From NCBI GenBank assembly GCA_937975235.1, contig CALJUZ010000001.1, positions 21,885-85,884 on the forward strand: 64,000 nt of DNA, given 5' to 3'. This DNA is from an uncultured Bacillota bacterium (lineage in GTDB: Bacteria > Bacillota > Limnochordia > Limnochordales > ZCTH02-B6). This document shows, piece after piece, positions 39,098 through 49,925 of this stretch. Both the position numbers and the translations under genes were made by a program. The notes beneath the pieces are model-generated. The model saw nothing but the letters and a program-made list of their open reading frames with translations. It did not search any database and was not told the DNA's origin. The first letter of the stretch is position 1. Each line of letters starts with the position of its first letter.

Positions 39098-39933
39098 CGC
39101 CGCCCGGATCCGTGTATGACGCCGCCGCCTCCGGGGGCGGACGGGCGGCGGGCGCAGAAGGCGCGCCGGCGCCGGCGCATCGGCTCATCGCCATCGGCCC
39201 CGGGGCGCCGCCGGAGCTCTTGGCCCTAAGCCCGGCCATCGCCGAGGCCGTGGCCCAGTCGGTAGGCGCGGGGGAGGCGCCGCCCACCGTCGTCATCCGG
39301 CGCCAGGCGCCGTACGCGCTGCTGGGGCCGAAAGACCGGCGGCTGCCCCGGCTGCAGGCGGGCGTGGACGTGCTGCGCCGGGCGGGCTTGCCGGTGTACG
39401 AGCGCATCGCGGGCGGCACCGTCGTTATCCTGGACGAAGGCTGTCTGAGCTTCGCGGTGAGCGAGCCGTGCCGGGACTTTACGGCCGTCCACCGCAACTT
39501 CGACCGCCTGACGGAAGGCGTCCGGCGGGGACTGCGCCGGCTGGGCGTCGAGGCGGAATTCGGCGAGGCGCCGGGCTCCTTCTGCCCGGGACCGTACGAT
39601 CTGCTGGCGGGCGGCCGCAAGATCGCCGGCATCGCCCAGGCCATGCGGCGCGGGTTCGCCATGGTGTCGGGCATGCTGATCGTGTCGCAGGACCCCGTCT
39701 ACGTGACGAACTTGCTCAACGAGTTTTACGCGGCGGCCGGCGGCACGCCGGACCTGGTGCCGGACCACGTGGTGACGCTGTCGGATTTGGTCGGGCGGCG
39801 GCTCGGCCTGGACGAAGTGGAGGACGCGCTGAAGGCGGGGTTCGCGGAGGTGCATCCTTACGTTCCGGCTCTGCCCACCGAGGCCGAACTGGAGCGGGCC
39901 CGGCGCCTGGCGGCGGAACGGCGTCTGGCGTAG
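39094..39933 (+). CDS. Lipoate-protein ligase A/B family protein (LipL-like octanoyl/lipoyl amidotransferase candidate)
   Basis: The track ORF is 38968..39933. ATG 39094 forms an ATGA overlap with the nuoN stop. BPL/LplA/LipB-fold motifs: RIAGGTVVILDEGCLSF, SFCPGPYDLLAGGRKIAGIAQ (conserved Lys, with a Cys upstream). Confidence 0.7.
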   Translation: MTPPGSVYDAAASGGGRAAGAEGAPAPAHRLIAIGPGAPPELLALSPAIAEAVAQSVGAGEAPPTVVIRRQAPYALLGPKDRRLPRLQAGVDVLRRAGLPVYERIAGGTVVILDEGCLSFAVSEPCRDFTAVHRNFDRLTEGVRRGLRRLGVEAEFGEAPGSFCPGPYDLLAGGRKIAGIAQAMRRGFAMVSGMLIVSQDPVYVTNLLNEFYAAAGGTPDLVPDHVVTLSDLVGRRLGLDEVEDALKAGFAEVHPYVPALPTEAELERARRLAAERRLA

Positions 39934-40056
39934 CACCGCCGGCGGCCCCGGCGGGAGAAGGGCAGTACGGGGCGCGGAGACGCAGACGCGGCGCAGGCGG
40001 CCCGGGAGAAGCGGGCGTGCGCCGGAGGAAACTGACCGGAGAGAAGGAGTCTCGCA

Positions 40057-42336
<2,280 letters not shown>

Positions 42337-42385
42337 CGGCGGCGGCGCAGCCGGCGCCCCGCCGGCGGGCGAAGCAGAGGTCATC

Positions 42386-42420
42386 AAAAACGGCGGACCG
42401 CGCGGCGGTCCGCCGTTTCG
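42386..42420. terminator. Bidirectional intrinsic terminator between convergent maeB and the M42 cluster
   Basis: AAAAA-CGGCGGACC-gcgcgc-GGTCCGCCG-TTTCG. The minus-strand reading ends in TTTTTGA and the plus-strand reading in TTT. Confidence 0.6.
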
Positions 42421-42459
42421 TACGGGCCGGCCCGGGGCCGGGCGCCCGCCGCCGTCGCG

Positions 42460-43509
42460 TTACGCGCCCGCGGTCAGCGTCAGGTCCCGCCTCAGCACGG
42501 CCGTCAGCAGGTCGGCTGCGGCCGCCGCGTCGCCTAAGTCCACCATTTCGGCCGGCGTGTGCAAATAGCGGGTCGGGATGGACACGACGCCCGAGGGCAC
42601 GCCGGACCTGGTCAGATGAACAGCCCCCGCGTCGGTGCCGCCGTAGGGCAGCACTTCCATCTGGTAAGGAATGCCTTCGTCCGCCGCGCACTGCACCAAA
42701 AGCTCGCGCACGCCCCCGTGGGCGATGAGGCTCGCGTCCTTGACCTTGATGGCCGCGCCTCCGCCCAGCTTCATGTTCAGGCGCTCGCCCTTCGGCGTGT
42801 CGCCGGTGGCCGTCACGTCCACCGCGATGGCCACGTCGGGCTCGATGGCGTACGCGGCCGTGCGGGCGCCCCGCAGACCGACTTCCTCCTGGACCGTGAA
42901 GACGAAGTACACGTCGTGGGGCGACGGATCGGCCTTAAGCTGGTGCAGCGTCTCCACGGCCACCGCGCAGCCCGCCCGGTCGTCCATGGCTTTGCCGATC
43001 AAGCGGCGTCCCGAGCGGGCCACGTCCCGCAGGTACGTGGCCGAGGAGCCGATGCGCACCGCCTTTTCGGCCTCGGCCCTGCTGGTCGCGCCGATGTCGA
43101 CGAACAGCTTGTCCATCTGAATGTCCTTCGGGCCGTCCACCTTTTCGATGCCGATGGAGCCGACGGTGCCGTCTTCAAACACGACCTGCTGCCCCAACAA
43201 GGTGGCCGGGCCGACGCCGCCGACGGGCGCGAAGCGCAGGAAGCCGTCGTCGTCGATGTGGGTGACCATGATGCCGATTTCGTCCATATGGGCCGCGATC
43301 ATGACCTTTTTCGCGCCGGCGCCGCCCGTGCCCCGGCGGAGGGCGATGACGCTGCCCAAGGCGTCCACCGTCACCTCGTGGGCCAGAGGCTTGACCAGAT
43401 CGATGACGGCGGCGCGCACTTGGTCTTCCGCGCCCGACGGGCCGAACAGCGGGGCCAGCCGGCGGATGAGCTGTTCCAGGCGCTCGATGTCCGAGTATTT
43501 GGCTTGCAA
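42460..43509 (-). CDS. M42 family metallopeptidase (TET/FrvX/YsdC-like aminopeptidase), paralog 3 of 3
   Basis: 349 aa. Motifs: AAHMDEIG, MDDRAGC, TVQEEVGLRGA, GGTDAG. TTG start with GAGGAGG 7 nt upstream. Confidence 0.88.
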   Translation of the reverse strand: MQAKYSDIERLEQLIRRLAPLFGPSGAEDQVRAAVIDLVKPLAHEVTVDALGSVIALRRGTGGAGAKKVMIAAHMDEIGIMVTHIDDDGFLRFAPVGGVGPATLLGQQVVFEDGTVGSIGIEKVDGPKDIQMDKLFVDIGATSRAEAEKAVRIGSSATYLRDVARSGRRLIGKAMDDRAGCAVAVETLHQLKADPSPHDVYFVFTVQEEVGLRGARTAAYAIEPDVAIAVDVTATGDTPKGERLNMKLGGGAAIKVKDASLIAHGGVRELLVQCAADEGIPYQMEVLPYGGTDAGAVHLTRSGVPSGVVSIPTRYLHTPAEMVDLGDAAAAADLLTAVLRRDLTLTAGA

Positions 43510-43551
43510 ATCAGTACCTCCTCAGCGGGTTTGTCCGCGCCCTTAAACGCG

Positions 43552-44592
43552 TCAGGCGCGGCGGGGCGCCAGCCGCCGGGCCACCTCGGGCACGTGCGGC
43601 AGAAACGCCTCCAGCAGGCGCAAGGTGTTGTCGTAATCGTCCAGGCTCATGAAGGCCGCGGGCGAGTGAATGTAGCGGCACGGCACCGACACGGTGGCCG
43701 ACGGCACGCCCTCGCGGGTGAGGTGGATGCTGCCCGCGTCGGTGCCGCCGAAGGTGGTGCGCTTCCATTGCCACGGGATGCCCGCCTCGGTGCCGACCCG
43801 GGCCAGGGTCTCGATGACGGGCCGGGCGGGAATGCTGGTCCGGTCCATCACGGTAATGGCCGGGCCGTGCCCCAGCCGCGTCGACTGGCCGTGCTCTTCC
43901 GCACCCGGAATGTCCGCGCACGTGGTGCCCTCCAGCACCAGGGCCAAGTCGGGCGCGACGTCGTAGGCGGCGATGCGGGCGCCCCGCAGGCCGATTTCCT
44001 CCTGCACCGTAAAGACGCCGAACAGCGGAAACGGCGGATCGCCCGACAAAAGGTCCACCAGCAGCGAGCAGCCCACCCGGTCGTCGAACGCTTTGCCTTT
44101 GGCCATCCGCCGGCCGAACTCCTGGTACTCGGTGGCGAAGGCCGCGTACATCCCCGGGCGCACCAGCTTTTCGGCCTCCTCGTTCGACGACGCGCCGATG
44201 TCGATGAACAAGTCCTTCGCGGGCACCGGCTTGGACCGCTCCCCGGCGTTGGTGAGGTGCGCGGGCTTGATGCCGATGACGCCGGGAATCTCATCGGGCC
44301 CGACCCGCACCGCCTTCGACGGCAGCACCCGGTCGTCAATGCCGCCCACCTTCTTGAAGCGGAGCAGGCCGTCGTTGTCCACGCGGGTAATCATGAGGCC
44401 GATCTCGTCCATGTGGGCCGCGATCATGAGGCGGGGCCCCGGCTTGTCCAGCCCTTTCCACGTGATGAGGTTGCCCATGGCGTCCACTTTGCCGCCGTCG
44501 ACCTTGTCGCGCACCGCCTCCCAGATGCGCCGGCGCACCCGCCCCTCGTCACCCGATACGCCGGACAGCTGGCTCAGCTCACGCAAGATCAT
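43552..44592 (-). CDS. M42 family metallopeptidase, paralog 2 of 3
   Basis: 346 aa. Motifs: AAHMDEIG, FDDRVGC, TVQEEIGLRGA, GGTDAG. The start overlaps the upstream paralog by 14 nt. Confidence 0.88.
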   Translation of the reverse strand: MILRELSQLSGVSGDEGRVRRRIWEAVRDKVDGGKVDAMGNLITWKGLDKPGPRLMIAAHMDEIGLMITRVDNDGLLRFKKVGGIDDRVLPSKAVRVGPDEIPGVIGIKPAHLTNAGERSKPVPAKDLFIDIGASSNEEAEKLVRPGMYAAFATEYQEFGRRMAKGKAFDDRVGCSLLVDLLSGDPPFPLFGVFTVQEEIGLRGARIAAYDVAPDLALVLEGTTCADIPGAEEHGQSTRLGHGPAITVMDRTSIPARPVIETLARVGTEAGIPWQWKRTTFGGTDAGSIHLTREGVPSATVSVPCRYIHSPAAFMSLDDYDNTLRLLEAFLPHVPEVARRLAPRRA

Positions 44593-45736
44593 ACGTCCAC
44601 CCCTTTACGTCCTCTTCGCGCAAGGCCGCGGCCGCGTGGGCCAGCAGGCGCGCGGTGTTGCGCACGTCCTCGATGTCGACCACCTCGACGCTGGAGTGCA
44701 TGTACCGCAGCGGGATGGACACGACCGCGGTGGGCACGCCGCTGCGCACCACCTGCACGGCCCAGGCGTCGGTGCCCGAACCGGCCGGCATAGGCTCGAT
44801 CTGGTGCGGGATGCCGTGCAGGCGGGCGGTTTCCACCAGCAGCTCGTGCAGCTGGGGGTGCACGTTGGCGCCCAGGGCGATGGCGGGCCCCCGGCCCATC
44901 TTGATGACGTCGTCCTCCGGCAGCCCCGGCGCCGCGCCGAAACCGACGTCCACGGCGATGGCCGCGTCCGGCACGATGCCGTACGCGCTCACCATGGCTC
45001 CGCGCAGGCCCACTTCCTCCTGCACCGTGGCCACCGCGTACACGTCGGCCGCGTGCCGCAGCCCGGAAAGCAAGTTCATGGCTTCCAGCATGGCCGCGAC
45101 ACCCGCGCGGTTGTCCAGCGCTTTGCCCGCGGCGCGCGTGCCCAGAAGCCGCGTGAAGGCCCGCCGGATCACGGCCACGTCGCCGGGCCGCACGCGCCGG
45201 CGGGCTTCGTCGGGGGAAAGGCCTGTGTCAATGAACATGTCCTCGATGGGGACGGTTTTGTCCCGCTCGTCCTCCGGCAGCAGGTGGGGCGGCTTGACGC
45301 CGATGAAGCCCGGCAGCGGCGGCTCGGTCAGCACCGTCACTTCCTGGGCCGCCAGCGTGCGCGGGTCGATGCCGCCGATGGGCGCGAAGCGCAAGAAGCC
45401 GTCGTCTTCCACTTTCGTCACGATGAGCCCGATCTCGTCCATGTGGGCTGCGATCATCAGCTTCGGCGGCGTGTCCGTGCCCGAGCCCGACCGCCGGGCG
45501 ATGACGTTGCCCAGCGCGTCGGTGCGGACCGTATCCGCGCACGCCTCCAGCTCGGCCGCGACCCGCCGCGCGAGCTTCTGCTCGTGGCCCGAAGGCGCCG
45601 GCGTTTCGGAGAGCTCGGCCAAAAGCCGCAGCAGCCGCTCCTCCGGGGCCTCGCGCCCGGGGCCGCCTTCCGCGGCGCCGCGCTCCGCGGCCGGCGCGGG
45701 CCCGGCGCCCGTTTCGTGTTCACGCTCTTTTTTCAA
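44579..45736 (-). CDS. M42 family metallopeptidase, paralog 1 of 3 (with a ~35-aa Ala/Gly/Glu-rich N-terminal extension)
   Basis: 385 aa. Motifs: AAHMDEIG, LDNRAGV, TVQEEVGLRGA, SGTDAW. TTG start with GAGGAGG 8 nt upstream. Confidence 0.85.
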   Translation of the reverse strand: MKKEREHETGAGPAPAAERGAAEGGPGREAPEERLLRLLAELSETPAPSGHEQKLARRVAAELEACADTVRTDALGNVIARRSGSGTDTPPKLMIAAHMDEIGLIVTKVEDDGFLRFAPIGGIDPRTLAAQEVTVLTEPPLPGFIGVKPPHLLPEDERDKTVPIEDMFIDTGLSPDEARRRVRPGDVAVIRRAFTRLLGTRAAGKALDNRAGVAAMLEAMNLLSGLRHAADVYAVATVQEEVGLRGAMVSAYGIVPDAAIAVDVGFGAAPGLPEDDVIKMGRGPAIALGANVHPQLHELLVETARLHGIPHQIEPMPAGSGTDAWAVQVVRSGVPTAVVSIPLRYMHSSVEVVDIEDVRNTARLLAHAAAALREEDVKGWTYDLA

Positions 45737-45924
45737 TCGCTCAAACCTCCTCGATCAACGATGGCGCCCATAACACGCATGACGAATTCCGTGGGAGCGG
45801 GGCGGTTTCCTTGTTGAAAACCGCGGCCGCCTTGAGGAGGAAGCGGCGGGACACCGGCCGCCGAGCCGCCCCGGCCCGGTCGCCGGAGCGGGCGAAGCAG
45901 GGAGCGCCCCGGCGAAAGAAGAAA

Positions 45925-45940
45925 TTGACATACAAGTCAA
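45925..45940. promoter_or_regulatory. Inverted repeat TTGAC-N6-GTCAA (candidate operator) upstream of the Lon-like gene
   Basis: TTGACATACAAGTCAA lies ~40 nt upstream of the TTG start at 45981. It is the only AT-richer patch in the 244-bp divergent region. No matching -10 lies 17 nt downstream of the TTGACA. Confidence 0.25.
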
Positions 45941-45980
45941 GCGTCCTGGCCGGGGCGCGCGACGAAGGGAGAGGTTCGGC

Positions 45981-48602
45981 TTGAACCAGTCATCGGTCCC
46001 GCGCCGCTCGGACCTGCGGGAAACCCGCCGGCTCGGCGCGGACGACGTCCTGCACCGCTGCCGGCCCGAGCGGTTCGCCTTCGAGACGACGGCGCAGCTG
46101 GAGCCGTTGGCCGGCGGCATCATCGGCCAGCCGCGGGCGGTGGAGGCCATGGAATTCGGCCTGGCCATGACCAGCAGCGGCTACAACTTGTTCATGAGCG
46201 GTCCCACGGGCACCGGCAAGACGACGTACGCGGTGACCAAAGTGCGCGAGATCGCCCGCTTGCGCACGGCGCCGTCGGACTGGTGCTACGTATACAACTT
46301 CGACGAGCCCGACCGCCCCACGGCCCTGGCGTTTCCGCCGGGGCAGGGCGCGCACTTCCGCCGGGACATGGAGGACCTGGTCGAAGAGGCCCAGACCGAA
46401 ATCCGGCGGGCCTTTGAAAGCGAGGAGTACGAATCCCGCCGCCTCGGCCTCATCCAGCAGGGCGAGGAGGAAGCCGAGGCGATCTGGAAGCAGCTGGAAG
46501 AGGAAGCCCGGGCCATGCGCTTCATCGTCCAGCGCTCGCCGACGGGTATCATTACCGCGCCGCTGTCGCCCTTGGACCGGCCCTACAGCCAGGAGCAGTT
46601 CGCGGTGCTGCCCGAAGAGACGAAAGAGCGGCTCAACCGGCTGGCCCAGGAGCTGCGGGGCCGGGTCAACGACGCGATCCGGCGCATCCGGCAGGTGGAG
46701 CGCGAAACCCGCGAGGCGCTGCGCCGGATGGAGCGGGAGACGGGCCACTTCGCCATCGACCACTTGTTTCAGGCCATGAAGGCCAAGTACAAAGACCATC
46801 CCCGGGTGCAGGAGTACCTGGACAAAGTCCAGGCCGACATGATCGAGCGCCTGGAGACGCTGCGGGCCGACGGCCGCGACGGCGGGCCGGCCAGCCCTTT
46901 TCAGGCGCTGACCGGACGCGCCCGGTTTGACGCGCTGCTGCGCTACCGGGTGAACCTGCTGGTCAGCCACGACCGCACCGAGGGCGCGCCGGTGGTGGTG
47001 GAGACGAACCCGACGTACTACAACCTGGTGGGCCGGGTGGAGTACGAAGGCGAGCTGGGCACGCTGCGCACCGACTTCACCATGATCAAGCCCGGCGCGC
47101 TGCACCGGGCCAACGGCGGGTACTTGATCATCCAGGCCCGGGATCTTCTCATCAACCAGATGGCCTGGCCGGCGCTGAAGCGGGCGCTGAAAACCGGCGA
47201 GATCAGCATCGAAAACCTGGGCGAGCAGTACGGCTACGTGGCCACCACGTCCCTGCGGCCCGAGCCCATTCCGCTGAACGTCAAAGTCATCCTCATCGGC
47301 CATCCGTACCTGTACCATCTGCTTCATTATCACGACGAGGACTTCCGCAAGTACTTCAAGGTGCGGGTGGACTTCGACCACCGGATGCCGCGCACGCCCG
47401 AGAACGAGCTGCACTACGCCGCGTTCATCTGCTCGCGCTGCCGGCTGGAAGACTTGCCGCCCTTTTCGCCGTCGGGCGTCGCACGGGTCATTGAGTTCAG
47501 CAGCCGGCTGGCGGGCCACCGGGACAAGCTGACCACGCGCTTCAACGAGATCGCCGAAATCGTGGCCGAGGCGGGCCTGTGGGCGCGGAAGGAAGGTGCC
47601 GGCGTCGTCGAGGGGCGGCACGTGCAGCGGGCGGTGGAGGCCAAAATGTACCGCTCCAACCAGATCGAGGAGCACATTCTCGAAGCCATCCGGCGCGGCG
47701 CGCTGCTGGTGGACGTGGACGGCGAGAAAACCGGCCAGATCAACGGCATCGCGCTGCTGCAGGCCGGCGACTACGCGTTCGGCAAGCCCATACGCATCAC
47801 GGCCCGCTGCTTCATGGGCAGCCGGGGCGTCATCAACATCGAGCGCGAAGCCGATCTCAGCGGCCGCATCCACAACAAGGGCGTACTCATCCTCAGCCAC
47901 TACCTGGGCGGCCAGTTCGCCCAAAACAAGCCGCTGGCTTTGTGGGCGTCGCTGGCCTTCGAGCAGTCCTACGACGAGGTGGAGGGCGACAGCGCCTCCG
48001 CGGCCGAGCTGTATGCGCTCTTGTCGGAGCTGTCCGGACTGCCCATCGACCAGGGCATCGCCGTCACCGGCTCCGTCAACCAAAAAGGCGAAATGCAGCC
48101 CATCGGCGGCGTCAACGAGAAGATTGAAGGCTTCTACCACGCCTGCAAGGTGAAGGGGCTGACGGGGCGGCAGGGCGTCATCATCCCCCGGGCCAACGTC
48201 GAAAACCTGATGCTGAAGGAAGAGGTGGCGCAGGCCGTGGCCGAGGGCCGCTTCCACGTCTGGGCCGTGGACCGCGTGGACGAAGGCATCGAAATTTTGA
48301 CGGGCGTGCCCGCGGGCCGGCCCGGTCCCGACGGCCGTTATCCCGAAAATACGGTGTTCGGGCTGGTGGACCGGCGCCTGGAGGAAATGGCGGCGCAGCA
48401 GGTGCGCTTCGCCCGGGAGGCGGCGTCCCGAAAAAGCGGCGCCGAAAACGACGAGACGGACGAGGAGCCGAAGGGCGCGGAGGAGGACCGGGACGAGGCC
48501 GGGGACGATCCCGTGCGCGACCCGAAGCCGGAAGACCCCGAGGTGCCCGAAGGCCCCGAGGTGCCCGGCGTCCCGGAGGTGCCGGACCGCCCCGGATCGT
48601 AA
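45981..48602 (+). CDS. Lon-like protease of the LonC/Lon-related type (AAA-like module with a long helical insertion plus an S16 Ser-Lys peptidase domain)
   Basis: 873 aa. Walker A FMSGPTGTGKTT. A ~300-aa charged helical insertion follows. The Walker-B position reads GGYLIIQARDLL. Peptidase motifs are EGDSASAAELYALLS (Ser) and GGVNEKIEGF (Lys). RBS GGGAGAGG, TTG start. Confidence 0.82.
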   Translation: MNQSSVPRRSDLRETRRLGADDVLHRCRPERFAFETTAQLEPLAGGIIGQPRAVEAMEFGLAMTSSGYNLFMSGPTGTGKTTYAVTKVREIARLRTAPSDWCYVYNFDEPDRPTALAFPPGQGAHFRRDMEDLVEEAQTEIRRAFESEEYESRRLGLIQQGEEEAEAIWKQLEEEARAMRFIVQRSPTGIITAPLSPLDRPYSQEQFAVLPEETKERLNRLAQELRGRVNDAIRRIRQVERETREALRRMERETGHFAIDHLFQAMKAKYKDHPRVQEYLDKVQADMIERLETLRADGRDGGPASPFQALTGRARFDALLRYRVNLLVSHDRTEGAPVVVETNPTYYNLVGRVEYEGELGTLRTDFTMIKPGALHRANGGYLIIQARDLLINQMAWPALKRALKTGEISIENLGEQYGYVATTSLRPEPIPLNVKVILIGHPYLYHLLHYHDEDFRKYFKVRVDFDHRMPRTPENELHYAAFICSRCRLEDLPPFSPSGVARVIEFSSRLAGHRDKLTTRFNEIAEIVAEAGLWARKEGAGVVEGRHVQRAVEAKMYRSNQIEEHILEAIRRGALLVDVDGEKTGQINGIALLQAGDYAFGKPIRITARCFMGSRGVINIEREADLSGRIHNKGVLILSHYLGGQFAQNKPLALWASLAFEQSYDEVEGDSASAAELYALLSELSGLPIDQGIAVTGSVNQKGEMQPIGGVNEKIEGFYHACKVKGLTGRQGVIIPRANVENLMLKEEVAQAVAEGRFHVWAVDRVDEGIEILTGVPAGRPGPDGRYPENTVFGLVDRRLEEMAAQQVRFAREAASRKSGAENDETDEEPKGAEEDRDEAGDDPVRDPKPEDPEVPEGPEVPGVPEVPDRPGS
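48534..48587 (+). repeat. 3 x 18-nt in-frame tandem repeat encoding xPEVPx in the acidic C-terminal tail of the Lon-like protein
   Basis: GACCCCGAGGTGCCCGAA / GGCCCCGAGGTGCCCGGC / GTCCCGGAGGTGCCGGAC, which encodes DPEVPE GPEVPG VPEVPD. Confidence 0.8.
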
Positions 48603-48651
48603 GCCGGGCGGGCTGCCGCGAGGACGTGGCGGCGCCCCGTGCGGGAAAAAC

Positions 48652-48683
48652 AAAAACGGCCCCGTCCAGGGCCGTTTTCTTTT
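48652..48683. terminator. Bidirectional rho-independent terminator between the convergent Lon-like gene and nfu
   Basis: AAAACGGCCC-cgtcca-GGGCCGTTTT, followed by CTTTT on the plus strand. The reverse reading ends in TTTTTGTTTTT. Confidence 0.8.
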
Positions 48684-48741
48684 GCACAAGGCGCGCCGCG
48701 GCGCGGCCTGCGAGCCGTCCGCCGCCGCGCCGGGGGGCCGC

Positions 48742-48990
48742 CTACACGGCGACGATGTCGGTCACCTCGGGGACCTGGGACTTCACGATGCGCTCGATGC
48801 CGGCCTTCAGCGTCAGCATGGACATGGGGCATCCTCCGCAGGCGCCCATCATCTGGACCGTAACGACGCCGTCCTCGCTGACGTCCACCAGCTGCACGTC
48901 GCCCCCGTCCATCTGCACCGCCGGACGAATGCGCTCCAGAGCCGCCGCGACCCGTTCACGGAGTTCGTTCGTTTCGGCCAAGGCAGTCAC
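48742..48990 (-). CDS. nfu: NifU C-terminal-domain (Nfu-type) iron-sulfur cluster carrier protein
   Basis: 82 aa. Motif IRPAVQMDGGDVQLVDVSEDGVVTVQMMGACGGCPMS, carrying the CxxC. The start is GTG 48990 or the in-frame TTG 48981 (AAAGGGG 8 nt upstream). Confidence 0.88.
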   Translation of the reverse strand: MTALAETNELRERVAAALERIRPAVQMDGGDVQLVDVSEDGVVTVQMMGACGGCPMSMLTLKAGIERIVKSQVPEVTDIVAV

Positions 48991-49105
48991 CCCTTTCTGC
49001 AGTCACGCCCATTATACCACCCGGGGGTTCGTTTGTGAAGGAAGGGCCCGCCCGCCTCCCGAACCTTGGCGTGGCCGGAACTGCACAAAGGAGCGGTGAG
49101 CGGAC

Positions 49106-49921
49106 ATGTTCGTGGACGCGGCGTTGACCTGGGACGAGGCGGCGCGCGTGGACCCGGCGCGCTTCGGCGCGGTGGCCGTCATCGACGTGCTGCGGGCGAC
49201 CACGACAATGCTGGCGGCGCTGGAAAACGGCGCGGCGGGCGTCGTGCCCGTGGCGGCGCCGGAGGAAGCCTTCGAGTGGCGCCGGCGGCGCCCGGACGTT
49301 CTGCTGGGCGGCGAGCGCGGCGCGGTGCGCATCGCCGGCTTCGATCTGGGCAATTCCCCTCTGGAATATGCGCCGGAAACCGTACGGGGCAAGCTGGTGG
49401 TGCTGACGACCACCAACGGCACCCGGGCTTTCCGGCAGGTGCTGCAGACGTTCGCGGCCGCCGGCAGCGGCGGGTCCGGCCCGCCTGAGGGCCCGGACGC
49501 AGAAGAAAAGCGAGCCGGCCCGGCGGTGTTGGCCGCGTGCCTGCGCAACGCGGCGGCCGCGGCGGCCGCGCTGGCCCGCGAGGCGCGCCGCTCCGGCCGC
49601 GGCGTGCTGCTGGTCTGCAGCGGCACCGACGGGCGGTTCTCCCGGGAGGACGCGTACTGTGCGGGCGTCATCGTGCGTCATTTGGAGCGTCTGGAAGACG
49701 TGCGGCGGGGGGACGGCGCGGACGCCGCGGTCCGGCTGCTGCGGCCGGACGCCTCTGCTTTGGAGGAGCTGTCGTCGAGTTTCCACGGCCGCCGCCTGCT
49801 GGCCCTCGGTCTTGAGCGCGACATAGAGTTTTGCGCCGCCACCGACGTTTCCGCCGGGGTTCCCCGGCTCGTTTCGGGAATGCTGGTATTGGCAGGGAAC
49901 CGAGGGAGCTGCGGGGAATAG
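49106..49921 (+). CDS. 2-phosphosulfolactate phosphatase family protein (ComB-like)
   Basis: 271 aa. Motif VAVIDVLRATTTMLAALENGA...LLGGERGAVRIAGFDLGNSPLEY...KLVVLTTTNGT. RBS AAAGGAG. Confidence 0.8.
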   Translation: MFVDAALTWDEAARVDPARFGAVAVIDVLRATTTMLAALENGAAGVVPVAAPEEAFEWRRRRPDVLLGGERGAVRIAGFDLGNSPLEYAPETVRGKLVVLTTTNGTRAFRQVLQTFAAAGSGGSGPPEGPDAEEKRAGPAVLAACLRNAAAAAAALAREARRSGRGVLLVCSGTDGRFSREDAYCAGVIVRHLERLEDVRRGDGADAAVRLLRPDASALEELSSSFHGRRLLALGLERDIEFCAATDVSAGVPRLVSGMLVLAGNRGSCGE

Positions 49922-49925
49922 AGGA

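Noticed and set aside
45925-45930. TTGACA at 45925 as the -35 of a standard sigma-A promoter for the Lon-like gene.
   Set aside because: The sequence 16-19 nt downstream is GGCCGG/GCCGGG with no -10 resemblance. I therefore treat it as half of a palindromic operator candidate.
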